DNA of 60,813 bases. Source: Methanomicrobiales archaeon. Lineage in GTDB: Archaea > Halobacteriota > Methanomicrobia > Methanomicrobiales > Methanospirillaceae. The DNA is taken from contig JBAXJR010000011.1 of NCBI GenBank assembly GCA_037137755.1, positions 1 to 60,813 on the forward strand. Direction: 5' to 3'. Of this stretch, positions 10,918 through 20,538 are shown piece by piece. Made by a program: the position numbers and the translations under genes. Position 1 is the first letter of the stretch; the number at the start of each line of letters is the position of its first letter. The notes beneath the pieces were generated by a model. It did no database searches and had not been told where the DNA came from. It saw only the letters and a list, made by a program, of their open reading frames with translations.

Positions 10918-13805
10918 TATACCTTCACTCCCTGAATACGCCATGCTCCAGCCGGCACCGTCATCTCAAACCTTGCTCCTTTGCCCGGCTCTCCTGTTTC
11001 TTTGATAGAAATACCAGTGATATCGAGGATCTCGCGGGCAAGGGCCAACCCAAGCCCGGTGTTCTTCCCGAATCCACGTTCGAAGATTTTCTCCTTCTCC
11101 GCTGCAGAGATACCCTCGCCATCGTCTTCACATACGAGGACCTTGACATCCCCTCGTTCCTCAGCTGAAAAGCGGATAAACGTGATCTTTCCACCGTACC
11201 GCACCGCATTGTCCATCAGGTTGTAACAGACCTTTACAATAAGCGGATCGGCGAATATTTCTGCACCCGCAGCGAGATCGTTTTTTAACATTACTTTTCC
11301 AAGCGGGGCTTCCTTTGCGGCAGTATTCACGAGTGTGCGGCATTCCTGCCAGGAAGGAGCCGTTACCCCGATGCTCTCGTACTCTTTGGTGAACCGGATC
11401 ATGACAGAAATTTGCTCTGCAGCGGTTGTGACCTTCTGGAAATACTCATCTCTGGATGGACCGGGGGGCATATCTTGCAGTATTGAAAGATATCCCATCA
11501 GAACGGTCAGCTGGTTGTTGATATCATGCCGGGTAATGCTGGAAAGGAGGGTAAGTTTCTTGTTCGCCGTAGCGAGGGACTTGGAGAATTGCCTGAGCTC
11601 CATCTCATGGAACTTCATCTCATTTTCCAGTTCTTTCCGTTCGGTAATGTCTAAAAATGTCACTACCGCCCCTATAACCGCACCATCATCCCATTGTGGA
11701 TAAGACCAGTACTCAGCTGGAAACGACGTACCGTCAGCACGCCAGAGCACTTCATCATCAACATGTGAGCCCTCGCCTTTTTGGAATGCCCGGAAAATAC
11801 GGCATTCTTCGACAGGGAAGTGCGTTCCATCCGGGTGCTTTCCATGGATCTGCCAATGCATGTTCCTGCCGAGAAGCTCGTCCTGGCGCTTATAGCCAAG
11901 CAGGTGAAGACAGGAGTTATTGCAGAACGTGCAATTACCGGCCATATCAATACCGTATATTGCTTCGGCTGCAGAATTCAGCAGGAGGCGGATTTTTTCT
12001 TCGCTCTTCCGAAGGTCCTCTTCCACCTGTTTGAGTTCGGTGATATCCCAGTTCGTGCCGATCATCCGCAGGGGTTTACCCCCGGTATCACGTTGCACAA
12101 TTGCCAGGGCCCGTATCGTACGGATGCTGCCATCCGGCCACAGAACGCGGAACACGGTATTAAATTCTTTTTCCCCGCGCAACGCCATCTGGATTTCGTC
12201 ATCACCACGCTGTTTGTCTTCAGGATGAAGTCCTGTCTGCCAGGCATCATATGCACCGCTGAACTGCTCCCGCGTGATCCCGTAGAGGGCAAACATCTGG
12301 TCATCCCAGGCCAGCGTGTTATTGACGACATCGTAATCCCAGATTCCAACACCGCCAGCCCTTGTAGCGAGCGATAGTCGGTCTGATAACTGGCGTAGCG
12401 CCTCTTCCGCCCTTTTTCGCTCGGTGATATCACGGACCACGGCCAATATCACTCGTTTTCCCTTGAGGCTGCCCACGTGGGCGTTGATCTCGACCGGAAT
12501 AATCGTTCCGTCCTTTTTCCGGTGTTCGGTTTCGAAAATCGAGCGGCCGGTCGAGGATAACTCACTGATGATATCATTGAGAGGCCGGTTATGGTACCCG
12601 GTGACAAAATCGAGGGGTCCATGCTCCAGCATTTCATCATGACTAAACCCCAGCATCCTGCACGCAACTTCGTTCACCTCGATGAATTTCCCGGGCTTCC
12701 CGTCAGGTTCAATCTCGTGGATGTGGATCCCGTCATTTACTGAGTCAAAGATGCCCCTGAACTGTTCCTCGCTCTCGGCTAGTGCCTCCTCTGTCCGTTT
12801 GCGATCAGTCAGGTTGATAATGGCCGTGAACAAACGTGGGGTACCGTCAATGTCAATGGTAATCGAGGTTAACAACCCAGACACGAGGTCCCGGTCCTTA
12901 CGGTAAATCTTCACCTCCATATTGCCCATCTGTCCGGTCTCTCTGACCTGATTGAGGAGGGTATTTCGCTGGGCAGGGTCAACATACAGTTTCAGGTCCA
13001 TGGTTGTCCTCCCGATCACCTCTTCACGGGAATATCCAAGCGTTGCAAGAAAAGTGTCGTTTACGTCAAGAATTCTGCCCTCCTCGATGGTGGATAGTAC
13101 CATAAGTGCAGGATTCGCATGGAATGCCTTGGAAAATTTCTCTTCAGAAGTTGCCAGGCGGCGTTTCTCCTCTTCATTGCGGCGCTGGAAAAAAGCGGAT
13201 GCCAGGACAAGGAGAACGATGAGGAGTGTTGCAATTAACAACGGCAGGCTGTCTCTGAAAACTGTTGAGTTCCAGCCCCTGGCATCGGTATCCATGCCGA
13301 AAACCGCGATCACCCGACCGGTTGAAGGATCAGTTATAGGGATAAACCCACTCACCCAGGTTCCCCAGCGGTCGGTAAAAGGCCCTTGATTTGCCTTTTC
13401 CCCTGTTACAAACGTCGAACTGATAGTTACCGGTGCTTCGGTGTACACCTGGCCCGGAGGAGAGTAGTCCGCTGATTCCGGGGGTTCCGAATCGATGTAG
13501 AAAATGATGGTTCCGTCTTCCCGCTGCCCCATCAGGTAGGCAAAGCGGATATCGGGATCGGCCGCCCGCATTTTTCCGAGTTGTGCTTTCAGCACCAGGT
13601 ATTCCGGTGAGGCAAGGTCAGTTGTGGAACCATGTAATGTTTGAATTTTTTCGGTAGAGACCCCGGATATAGCAAGGTTGGTCTTTGTCAGCAGGTCGGT
13701 ACGCATGGTCTGGTCAATCTGCTGCGCAGACCAGATAGTGAGGATTACCCCGGCGATGAGGATGCATACAGCGATGAAGTACCACCACGTGATATCCCGT
13801 TTCAT
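10917..13805 (-). CDS. Membrane sensor histidine kinase (extracellular Cache-like domain, 4 PAS)
   Basis: 2 TM flanking a domain with GPFTDRWGTWVSGFIPI; four PAS/PAC units; H-box ITRHDINNQL; GKNTGLGL. Likely start is MKRDITWW at 13805 (ORF extends to 13886). Confidence 0.9.
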   Translation of the reverse strand: MKRDITWWYFIAVCILIAGVILTIWSAQQIDQTMRTDLLTKTNLAISGVSTEKIQTLHGSTTDLASPEYLVLKAQLGKMRAADPDIRFAYLMGQREDGTIIFYIDSEPPESADYSPPGQVYTEAPVTISSTFVTGEKANQGPFTDRWGTWVSGFIPITDPSTGRVIAVFGMDTDARGWNSTVFRDSLPLLIATLLIVLLVLASAFFQRRNEEEKRRLATSEEKFSKAFHANPALMVLSTIEEGRILDVNDTFLATLGYSREEVIGRTTMDLKLYVDPAQRNTLLNQVRETGQMGNMEVKIYRKDRDLVSGLLTSITIDIDGTPRLFTAIINLTDRKRTEEALAESEEQFRGIFDSVNDGIHIHEIEPDGKPGKFIEVNEVACRMLGFSHDEMLEHGPLDFVTGYHNRPLNDIISELSSTGRSIFETEHRKKDGTIIPVEINAHVGSLKGKRVILAVVRDITERKRAEEALRQLSDRLSLATRAGGVGIWDYDVVNNTLAWDDQMFALYGITREQFSGAYDAWQTGLHPEDKQRGDDEIQMALRGEKEFNTVFRVLWPDGSIRTIRALAIVQRDTGGKPLRMIGTNWDITELKQVEEDLRKSEEKIRLLLNSAAEAIYGIDMAGNCTFCNNSCLHLLGYKRQDELLGRNMHWQIHGKHPDGTHFPVEECRIFRAFQKGEGSHVDDEVLWRADGTSFPAEYWSYPQWDDGAVIGAVVTFLDITERKELENEMKFHEMELRQFSKSLATANKKLTLLSSITRHDINNQLTVLMGYLSILQDMPPGPSRDEYFQKVTTAAEQISVMIRFTKEYESIGVTAPSWQECRTLVNTAAKEAPLGKVMLKNDLAAGAEIFADPLIVKVCYNLMDNAVRYGGKITFIRFSAEERGDVKVLVCEDDGEGISAAEKEKIFERGFGKNTGLGLALAREILDITGISIKETGEPGKGARFEMTVPAGAWRIQGVKV

Positions 13806-13875
13806 TGTATCCAACCCGCCATATACGGGACCTTCTCTATAAAATTTCGGGGTTGTGCTTCCTTCTCTCCAGCTA

Positions 13876-15633
13876 TCATTGGTCACTCACCACGGTCATC
13901 CGATATGCCCCGTTCGGCACTGTGATCTCGAACCGCACTCCTTTGCCTGGCTCGCCGGTCTCTTGGATGGAAATTCCCGTGATATCGAGGATTTCGCGTA
14001 CAAAAATAAGACTTCCCCGCGATGCACGGGAACCATCACCACGTAAAAAGATCTTCTCCTTCTTCTCCCGTGGTATCCCGATACCATCGTCTTCGAAGAA
14101 GATTGTGACCCCTCCAGTTGTTGTTGCGTACCAGACCCGGATCAGCGTGACGTGCTCCCCATGAATGAACGAGTTCTCAAAAAGACGCTGGCAGACCTTT
14201 TCAAGCAGGGGATCGGCAAAGATTTCGAGGTCTCCGGTCTCAAGGCTATGTTGGATATTTCCTATAGATATATGGGAGAGCCCGAGTAAACTCGTGGTCT
14301 TCACGTTCTGCCAGATCGGTGGTTTTGCCCCCATATCCTGGTAATCCTGAGTATACTCAATAATTTTCTGTGTTTCCCGGATAGCCACAACCATTCCCTC
14401 AAACGTTTTATCGATCGAACCAGGTCCGGTTAACTGGTGTTTTGCCAGTTCAAGGTAGCTGTTCAGGACAAATATCTGGTTGTTTAAGTCTTTTCGCGTC
14501 AGCCTGGAGAGGATGTTGAGTTTCTGGTTCGTGGTAGCGAGTGACGTTGAGAATTTCCTAAGTTCCTGCTCACTATTCTTGAGGGCGGTATTTGCAGTCA
14601 GGATTGCCTGTTCAAGAAGTGTAATCTCATCGTCCCCGGTCAGCTCCGGTTTCATATCGTCATGGTGCCCCTGGCCTATCTTCACAACGCGGTCTTTCAG
14701 GCGATTCAGTCGTTTTAGTACGATCTGGTCTACGACAAGAAGGACAATCACCAGCGTGACTAACAATATCAGGACGAAGAGTACCAGGTATGTTTTAATG
14801 ATATCAAGCCCGTTCTGGTAGAGATCCCGTGGCTGGTCGGTCTCAATCAGGATTTTCTGTCCGTTAACATCGCTGATGACCTCGTATCCGGATATGGTAC
14901 CATCTGAATGAGGGATTGTGACAGCAGCGGAATCCGGTTTCATTTGTTCCAGGAGTGATTGCTGCAGGTTGCCTGCACTCGTATCTCCATTCCAGTGAGC
15001 GGATGTAGGGTTTCCTGTGGCACGGGAGATACGGTCAAATTCACGCTTATCAAGTGCCCGTCCCATAACAAGGACCCCGTGAGAAGGACCTTCCCTCGTG
15101 TTGTTTAACACAGGTGATGATGCAATCATTACGGGTCCCGATGGGAGAAGGAGAATGCCCGTATTCGTCCCCGGCAGGGAGGTATGGGTAAGGAAGGGGT
15201 GATCCCGGGGGAGCAACTGGCTGAAATTTTCTGGCAGCGGGCTTTCATGACCGGTGACCGGATCTACGACTTTTCCATAGATAATGTGTCCCTGGGTATC
15301 GGTCACTATTAATAGAGTTACCCGGATTCCTGTAATTGTCATTTCATCCAGGTTTTGTGTGATGTAGTCCTGATTATGATCGAGAGCGAACTGGTACGTT
15401 TCATCCCAGTATGACCAGTCGTGAAGAGTATTACTGAGATCATCCTGCTCGTTTGATATGGCACCGATTACTTCTGTCATATCTTTCGAGACCTGCTGGT
15501 GTTCAAGACGCCCCAGTTGATCATTATACAGGAACATCGAGACTCCTGCGATGACACAGAAGATTGCAATAAAGGCGATACCGAGTACCAGCAGCGTTTT
15601 CTTACGGATATCCATGGTGCCCCTTTGTACCAT
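13876..15633 (-). CDS. CHASE4-HAMP histidine-kinase-like protein with degenerate H-box (TRKD)
   Basis: CHASE4 signature DWSYWDETYQF...YITQNL and GVLVMGR; HAMP GDDEITLL; H-box LTRKDLNNQ; HATPase ENSFIHG/DDGIGI. Confidence 0.88.
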   Translation of the reverse strand: MVQRGTMDIRKKTLLVLGIAFIAIFCVIAGVSMFLYNDQLGRLEHQQVSKDMTEVIGAISNEQDDLSNTLHDWSYWDETYQFALDHNQDYITQNLDEMTITGIRVTLLIVTDTQGHIIYGKVVDPVTGHESPLPENFSQLLPRDHPFLTHTSLPGTNTGILLLPSGPVMIASSPVLNNTREGPSHGVLVMGRALDKREFDRISRATGNPTSAHWNGDTSAGNLQQSLLEQMKPDSAAVTIPHSDGTISGYEVISDVNGQKILIETDQPRDLYQNGLDIIKTYLVLFVLILLVTLVIVLLVVDQIVLKRLNRLKDRVVKIGQGHHDDMKPELTGDDEITLLEQAILTANTALKNSEQELRKFSTSLATTNQKLNILSRLTRKDLNNQIFVLNSYLELAKHQLTGPGSIDKTFEGMVVAIRETQKIIEYTQDYQDMGAKPPIWQNVKTTSLLGLSHISIGNIQHSLETGDLEIFADPLLEKVCQRLFENSFIHGEHVTLIRVWYATTTGGVTIFFEDDGIGIPREKKEKIFLRGDGSRASRGSLIFVREILDITGISIQETGEPGKGVRFEITVPNGAYRMTVVSDQ

Positions 15634-15669
15634 TATTTTTTGTTTTCATCAACCAAAGTCCTTACCGTT

Positions 15670-17949
15670 TCACAATGGTTTGATCCGCCACAGCCCCTCT
15701 GGCACGGTCATCTCGAACCGGGCACCTTCGCCGGGTACCCCTGTTTCGGCTATGGTGATGCCGGTGATAGACAGGATCTCCCTGGACAGGAATAACCCAA
15801 GGCCTGTATTCTTCCCGAAATCCTGTTCAAAGATCTTTTCCTTGTACCCGGTCAGGACACCTACTCCATTGTCCTCGCAGATAAGAATATAGTCATTGTC
15901 TCGTTTTGTTGTCAAAAACCGGATGGACATTATCTTCTCACCGTACCGCACCGCGTTATCCATCAGGTTGTAAAAGACCTTTGCAATCATAGGATCGGCG
16001 AATACCTCCATCCCGACGGGGATATCATTCTTCACCAGGATTGTCCCGGGCTGGATATCTTTCGCAGCCTTGTCCACGAGGGTGTGGCATTCCACCCAGA
16101 CAGGAGCCTGGACACCGATCTGCTCGTACCCTTTGGAGAACTGGATCATAGCGAAAATCCGCTCTGCAGCCTTTGAGGCCTTCTGGATATATTCCTCCTT
16201 TGGTGAATCAGACCGGTTCTTTCCGAGGAGCGTAAGATAACCCCTCAGCGAGGTGAGCTGGTTACTGATGTCATGCCGGGTTATGGATGAGAGAAGGTTC
16301 AGCTTCTTGTTCGCGATGCGGAGTGCTTCTTCAGCTCGTTTACGCTCAGTGATATCCCTTGCAGCCGCAAAAACCCCTTTAATCTCTCCCTCGTTATCAT
16401 AATACACGGTTGCGTTGTAGAGAACGGGGACTGTATGCCCGTCGTGGTGCCGTATTTCAAGCGGATAATTAATTACCTTTCCCTCAGAAAAAACCCGCTT
16501 GTACCCTTCACGTGCTTTCTCCGGCTCGGTGAAGTATTCATGGAAATTGGTGCCGATTAGTTCATTCCTGTCAACACCGGTGATCGTTTCTGTAGATGAA
16601 TTCACGTCCTGGATTTTCCCCTCCCTGCTTATGGTTACAAGAGGGTCGAGACTCGCCTCAATGAGCTCGCGATTATACGTACTCATATCTCTCAACATAT
16701 TTTCTGACAGTCTACGCTCAGTGATATCCGCTACACCGGCAATCGCCCCGAGATACTCTCCATCCTTTCCGATAAACGGGGTAGCTTCAAGGGATGCATA
16801 AATCCGTGTCCCATCCTTTTGTAAAAACTCGAAGTAATGTTGCTCCTTGATCCCATTTTTCCTGCGTTCGATATTCCACTCAGCGATCCGCCGACCTTCG
16901 TCATCCATGAATGAAAAGAGACTGCGTCCGATCATGTCCTTCTCGTTATACCCGAGGATCTCCGCCATTTTAGGGTTCACAAACGTTGTGACTGCCTCGT
17001 TATCTATGACCCAGATCCCCTCGTTGAGTGTTTCGATAAGTGTCCTATATTTCTCCTCGCTCTCCCGCAGTGCTTCTTCCATCTGCTTACGTTCGGTGAT
17101 ATCGCGGGCGACAACCGCAATTTTAACAACATTATTCTTTGCATCGAAAATCGGGTGGATTGACTGGTCCAGCCACATATCGCCTCGCTTATCTTCAAAC
17201 CGGATAGGGACTCCCAGGCGTACTACTTCTTCAACCTGGGCCCGCCGGCTTTTTGCCAGGGCAGGAGAAAACAAGTCGTAGGTATTCGTTCCAATTAATT
17301 CATCAATCCCTCTGCCCACCCTGGTCGCGAAGGTCGGATTTGCGTCAATGAGGACCCCGTTGGGATCAAGGATCATCATGGAGTCTACCGGTGAGTCCAT
17401 GAGTGCCCGGATAGTTGCTTCGGTTTCGCGAATTTTTTCTTCGGTTTTCTCCCGCTCTTCGATCTCTTCACGCAGGCCCCTGTTAGTCTCAGCTAATTGA
17501 ATCGTCCGTTCATTGACCTGTATTTCAAGATTGTCGTACGCTTCCTGCAGTGCTTCTTCAGCACGCTTTCGCGATACAGCATGGTGAATCATCTTCGATA
17601 GTTCGGTAAACTGTGCCAGGGGATTCCCACCTTTCTGCAGGTAAAAATCAGCGCCATTATTGAGCGCTTCAATGACAACATCTTCACGCCCTCGTCCGGT
17701 AAAAATGATGACGGGTGTTGTATTTCCCATCTCTTTGAGTGCCTTGAGGAACGCGATCCCGTCTATTTCCGGCATTGCGTAGTCGGCGACAATGGCGTCA
17801 TAATGGTTTGTTTTCAACTGCACCAGTGCTACTGTTGCTGATGTAAGCGTATCGACAGAAAACGCCCCCCCCTTCTCCAGGAATTGCCTGGCAATTTTTA
17901 GAAGTTCGGATTCATCGTCGATGCAAAGCACCCGGGGAGCATCTGACAT
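15670..17949 (-). CDS. Hybrid REC-PAS(x3) histidine kinase
   Basis: Receiver (IDDESE, ADYAMP, FTGRG, YLQKG), three PAS, H-box ITRHDISNQL, HATPase. Confidence 0.92.
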   Translation of the reverse strand: MSDAPRVLCIDDESELLKIARQFLEKGGAFSVDTLTSATVALVQLKTNHYDAIVADYAMPEIDGIAFLKALKEMGNTTPVIIFTGRGREDVVIEALNNGADFYLQKGGNPLAQFTELSKMIHHAVSRKRAEEALQEAYDNLEIQVNERTIQLAETNRGLREEIEEREKTEEKIRETEATIRALMDSPVDSMMILDPNGVLIDANPTFATRVGRGIDELIGTNTYDLFSPALAKSRRAQVEEVVRLGVPIRFEDKRGDMWLDQSIHPIFDAKNNVVKIAVVARDITERKQMEEALRESEEKYRTLIETLNEGIWVIDNEAVTTFVNPKMAEILGYNEKDMIGRSLFSFMDDEGRRIAEWNIERRKNGIKEQHYFEFLQKDGTRIYASLEATPFIGKDGEYLGAIAGVADITERRLSENMLRDMSTYNRELIEASLDPLVTISREGKIQDVNSSTETITGVDRNELIGTNFHEYFTEPEKAREGYKRVFSEGKVINYPLEIRHHDGHTVPVLYNATVYYDNEGEIKGVFAAARDITERKRAEEALRIANKKLNLLSSITRHDISNQLTSLRGYLTLLGKNRSDSPKEEYIQKASKAAERIFAMIQFSKGYEQIGVQAPVWVECHTLVDKAAKDIQPGTILVKNDIPVGMEVFADPMIAKVFYNLMDNAVRYGEKIMSIRFLTTKRDNDYILICEDNGVGVLTGYKEKIFEQDFGKNTGLGLFLSREILSITGITIAETGVPGEGARFEMTVPEGLWRIKPL

Positions 17950-18125
17950 TTCAATTCAACATAATGTCTGGGAATAGAAAGGGTTTTGCAATTGCCTTGC
18001 ATACGATCATGTTCTGATTAGTTCCCAATGGTATTCTTGAAATGATGTATTGTATGTCAATAATGCCTGACAATTCTGACTGAGCCATTCACTGAAAATG
18101 CGTCCCAGGCATCACTCCTATATTT

Positions 18126-18856
18126 TTACCTAAACCAGCCAAAGATTCCGCGATCTTGTTTCTCCAGTGTGGAAAGCTGCTGATCCAAATCAACATTCTT
18201 CTGTAGTAAATCCAGTTGCTCCTCCATCATAGAGCGTGTCTCTGCATCAATAGATGTGGAATTCATGAGACTTTCGATCTCGTTAATTCGGCCCTGGTTT
18301 TGTGCCGCCAGGTTTGCCAGTTCGGTAGCAGCCTGCCAGTCACCCCCAAAGAAGAACCTGCTGATAGTATCCCGGTTCTTGATCTGGTTTTTGTACTGCT
18401 GGCTTGTATTTGCAGAGTTGTTGAACTCCCGTGCAATTACCGAGACCTGCTGACCTATGCCTCCTGTATGATTTTCTATGGCAAGCAATGAATGAACCGC
18501 ATCCCGGACCTCATTCGGGTTCTTCTCCCAACCCGGTGCTACCGTGCCTGTATTACGAGGAGTGGCTCCGTGATCTTCTTCACTCTGGTTCTTCAACCCG
18601 GGATTTTGTGAGATATTGCGTGGCTTATCTTTAGGACTATTACCGTTCCCATCACGGGGGATTTCAGTGGTTCGCGTGGTGGAGGATTTATTGTCCCCCG
18701 GCCCGTTTGCGTTACCCTTGTTATCATGCTGCGGGTCACCGTGAGACTGGCCTTTATCATCCGCTGCCCTTCACTTGCTGCGATCACCGGTAGCACTAAG
18801 AACAAAAAACATAGTGCGATGATCAGTATCGTAGTTATTTTTTTCATGATCTTCAC
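18126..18856 (-). pseudogene. Secreted hypothetical protein split by a 1-nt frameshift
   Basis: The signal-peptide ORF (18593-18856) and the C-terminal ORF (18126-18596) join if one G is added to the run at 18767-18769: ...AASEG/AADDKGQSHG...NPGLKNQSEEDHG...GGIGQQVSVIAREFN. Confidence 0.7.
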
Positions 18857-19017
18857 ATCTTTCGTACACTCCGATGTTCGGATGATCGATAATAATTTCC
18901 ATTACTAAAAAATCCCTTCAGATTAGTTAAAGGCAACCAGAAAACAAAATATTATCCCAGGCAACAGGGACGGAATCATCAGAAAAACCCCAAAAAGCCC
19001 CCCAAATAGGGGTAATA

Positions 19018-19266
19018 TTACCCCTCCCTACCAGACTTCTTCCGTCTTCGTGCGTTTATTGAGCCTGATTTAGCCTTCTTTTGCTGCCGTTTCCTTTCCC
19101 GGTCTTTTTGAAGGATAATTTCAAGATTCCGGGCTCTATAGGCCATTTTTCGGAGCAGATCTGCTGCATGGTTCCGCTCCCTCCATGCTTTCCACCTCGG
19201 AATACCGGCTTTTCTGGCTTGTATGATCTGAATCGCAGTCCTGATAGTTACCGTCACCGTTGTCAT
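19018..19266 (-). CDS. Small basic hypothetical protein
   Basis: ATG 19266 overlaps the upstream TGA (ATGA), preceded by GAGGAA; K/R-rich C-terminus. Confidence 0.55.
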   Translation of the reverse strand: MTTVTVTIRTAIQIIQARKAGIPRWKAWRERNHAADLLRKMAYRARNLEIILQKDRERKRQQKKAKSGSINARRRKKSGREG

Positions 19267-19499
19267 TTCCTCTTCCACCTCGGGCATGACTCAGACCCGG
19301 TATTTTCCCATAACTCGTCATGGTTCATGAGCCGGGTAATCCAGAATTTTTCTTTGCTGTACACCCTGCCGTTCACTTCCCGGGCTGTGATTTGAATACC
19401 CGCAAGGGCCATAATTCCCCATAGGATATCATCACGGGCTGCGAATGTTTTACCCGCGAGAAACACCGGGAGGTGTAGTTTGATATCTTCCGGGATCAT
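19263..19499 (-). CDS. Hypothetical protein
   Basis: MIPEDIKLHLP...; ATGA overlaps at both ends. Confidence 0.55.
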   Translation of the reverse strand: MIPEDIKLHLPVFLAGKTFAARDDILWGIMALAGIQITAREVNGRVYSKEKFWITRLMNHDELWENTGSESCPRWKRK

Positions 19500-19627
19500 G
19501 GGACCGTCCCTTTCCTGCCCGTTCCGCTGCATACCAGGCATGGTTCGGAAAGTCTGCGTTTCCGGTGAAACCGCCCGGTCCCCCGACAGGCCACGCAGTC
19601 AATCTCCCGGTGGTACCGGTCGGTCAT
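19496..19627 (-). CDS. Small DnaJ-type zinc-finger protein (43 aa)
   Basis: MTDRYHREIDCVACRGTG...PCLVCSGTG has two CxxCxGxG motifs; GGAGGTG RBS; ATGA overlaps at both ends. Confidence 0.6.
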   Translation of the reverse strand: MTDRYHREIDCVACRGTGRFHRKRRLSEPCLVCSGTGRKGTVP

Positions 19628-20538
19628 TGGCCGGCACCTCCCTCTGCTGAGCCGGAAGCCCTTGCTTCCCGGTCGTAACATTGCTGGCAAAGATGTGTCT
19701 GTGCTTCCTTGTCGGTGAAAACCGCCTTTCCGAGATTACATACCGAGCAGCGGCCGATATCGTTCGTGGTCCTCACCATCCGGTTAAGGATAATTGTCCC
19801 GGGCAGGGGTGGGGCCTCTGCCTGCTCCCGTCTCTTCGAGGCCAGGTAACACTTTTTGCAGATCCGAAGGGCCACCTTGTCCTTCCGTGCCTTCCGTTCC
19901 GGGGTAAGCTTTTCGATATAGTCCACACCCTTCCGGCCACAGGTTGCACAGTGGGCCCGGTGTTCAGCATAGTCGAGCGGTTTGTAATCCCGGGAAGAGA
20001 CCTCCAACGGGCCATTTACTTTTTCACCACATTCAGCAGCTTCCGATTTGCTGCTGTCAGTGTTGCCGGCACTTTTCACCGGCGGTTTTGAAATCAGAGG
20101 GCGGACCACTTGGTTGTCCATAACTCTTTCAGCATTTTCCATTTCACACATGCGATCAGAGCTTGAATCCTGGGATGGTACCGGGTGCTGTGTGTTTTTC
20201 ACTTTGCTGAAAGTAGTACCCTTAGTAAATTTTTTATTTATTATACAAGGGTCATTTTGATTTTCAGTAACCGAATCCTCATTTCCTCCATTTTCAGCAC
20301 CTGCTGAAAACGTGCTGAAAGTTGCTGAAATGTTGTCAGTGTCGTCACCGTCCTGGTCATCGTCAGGTCTCAGCCATACGGCCCCGCCTGCCGCCCAGAG
20401 GCGATATACATCGAAATTGAACTGGTACGCATGGGACCTCCGCCGCACACTCCGGCCGGTGATGCTGATAGCCGGACACTTGTGGAGAAGTCCTGAGTAC
20501 GTCTGGCCCCCCAGCCTATCATTCAGCCGGAATCCCAG
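19624..20538 (-). pseudogene. C-terminal fragment of a large mobile-element protein with double Zn finger
   Basis: Open frame from directly after the purQ stop (…YSGLLHKCPAIS…RRRSHAYQFNFDVYR…GGAVWL). C-terminus has CATC/CKKC and CSVC/CQQC pairs. No ATG/RBS at the 5' end. Confidence 0.5.

Larger units (their letters stand above)
19018..20538 (-). mobile_element. Remnant of an integrated element (ATGA-coupled small/Zn-finger gene chain)
   Basis: Four ORFs are linked by ATGA overlaps. The first lacks a convincing start and abuts the purQ stop. No housekeeping homology is recognisable. Confidence 0.5.
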
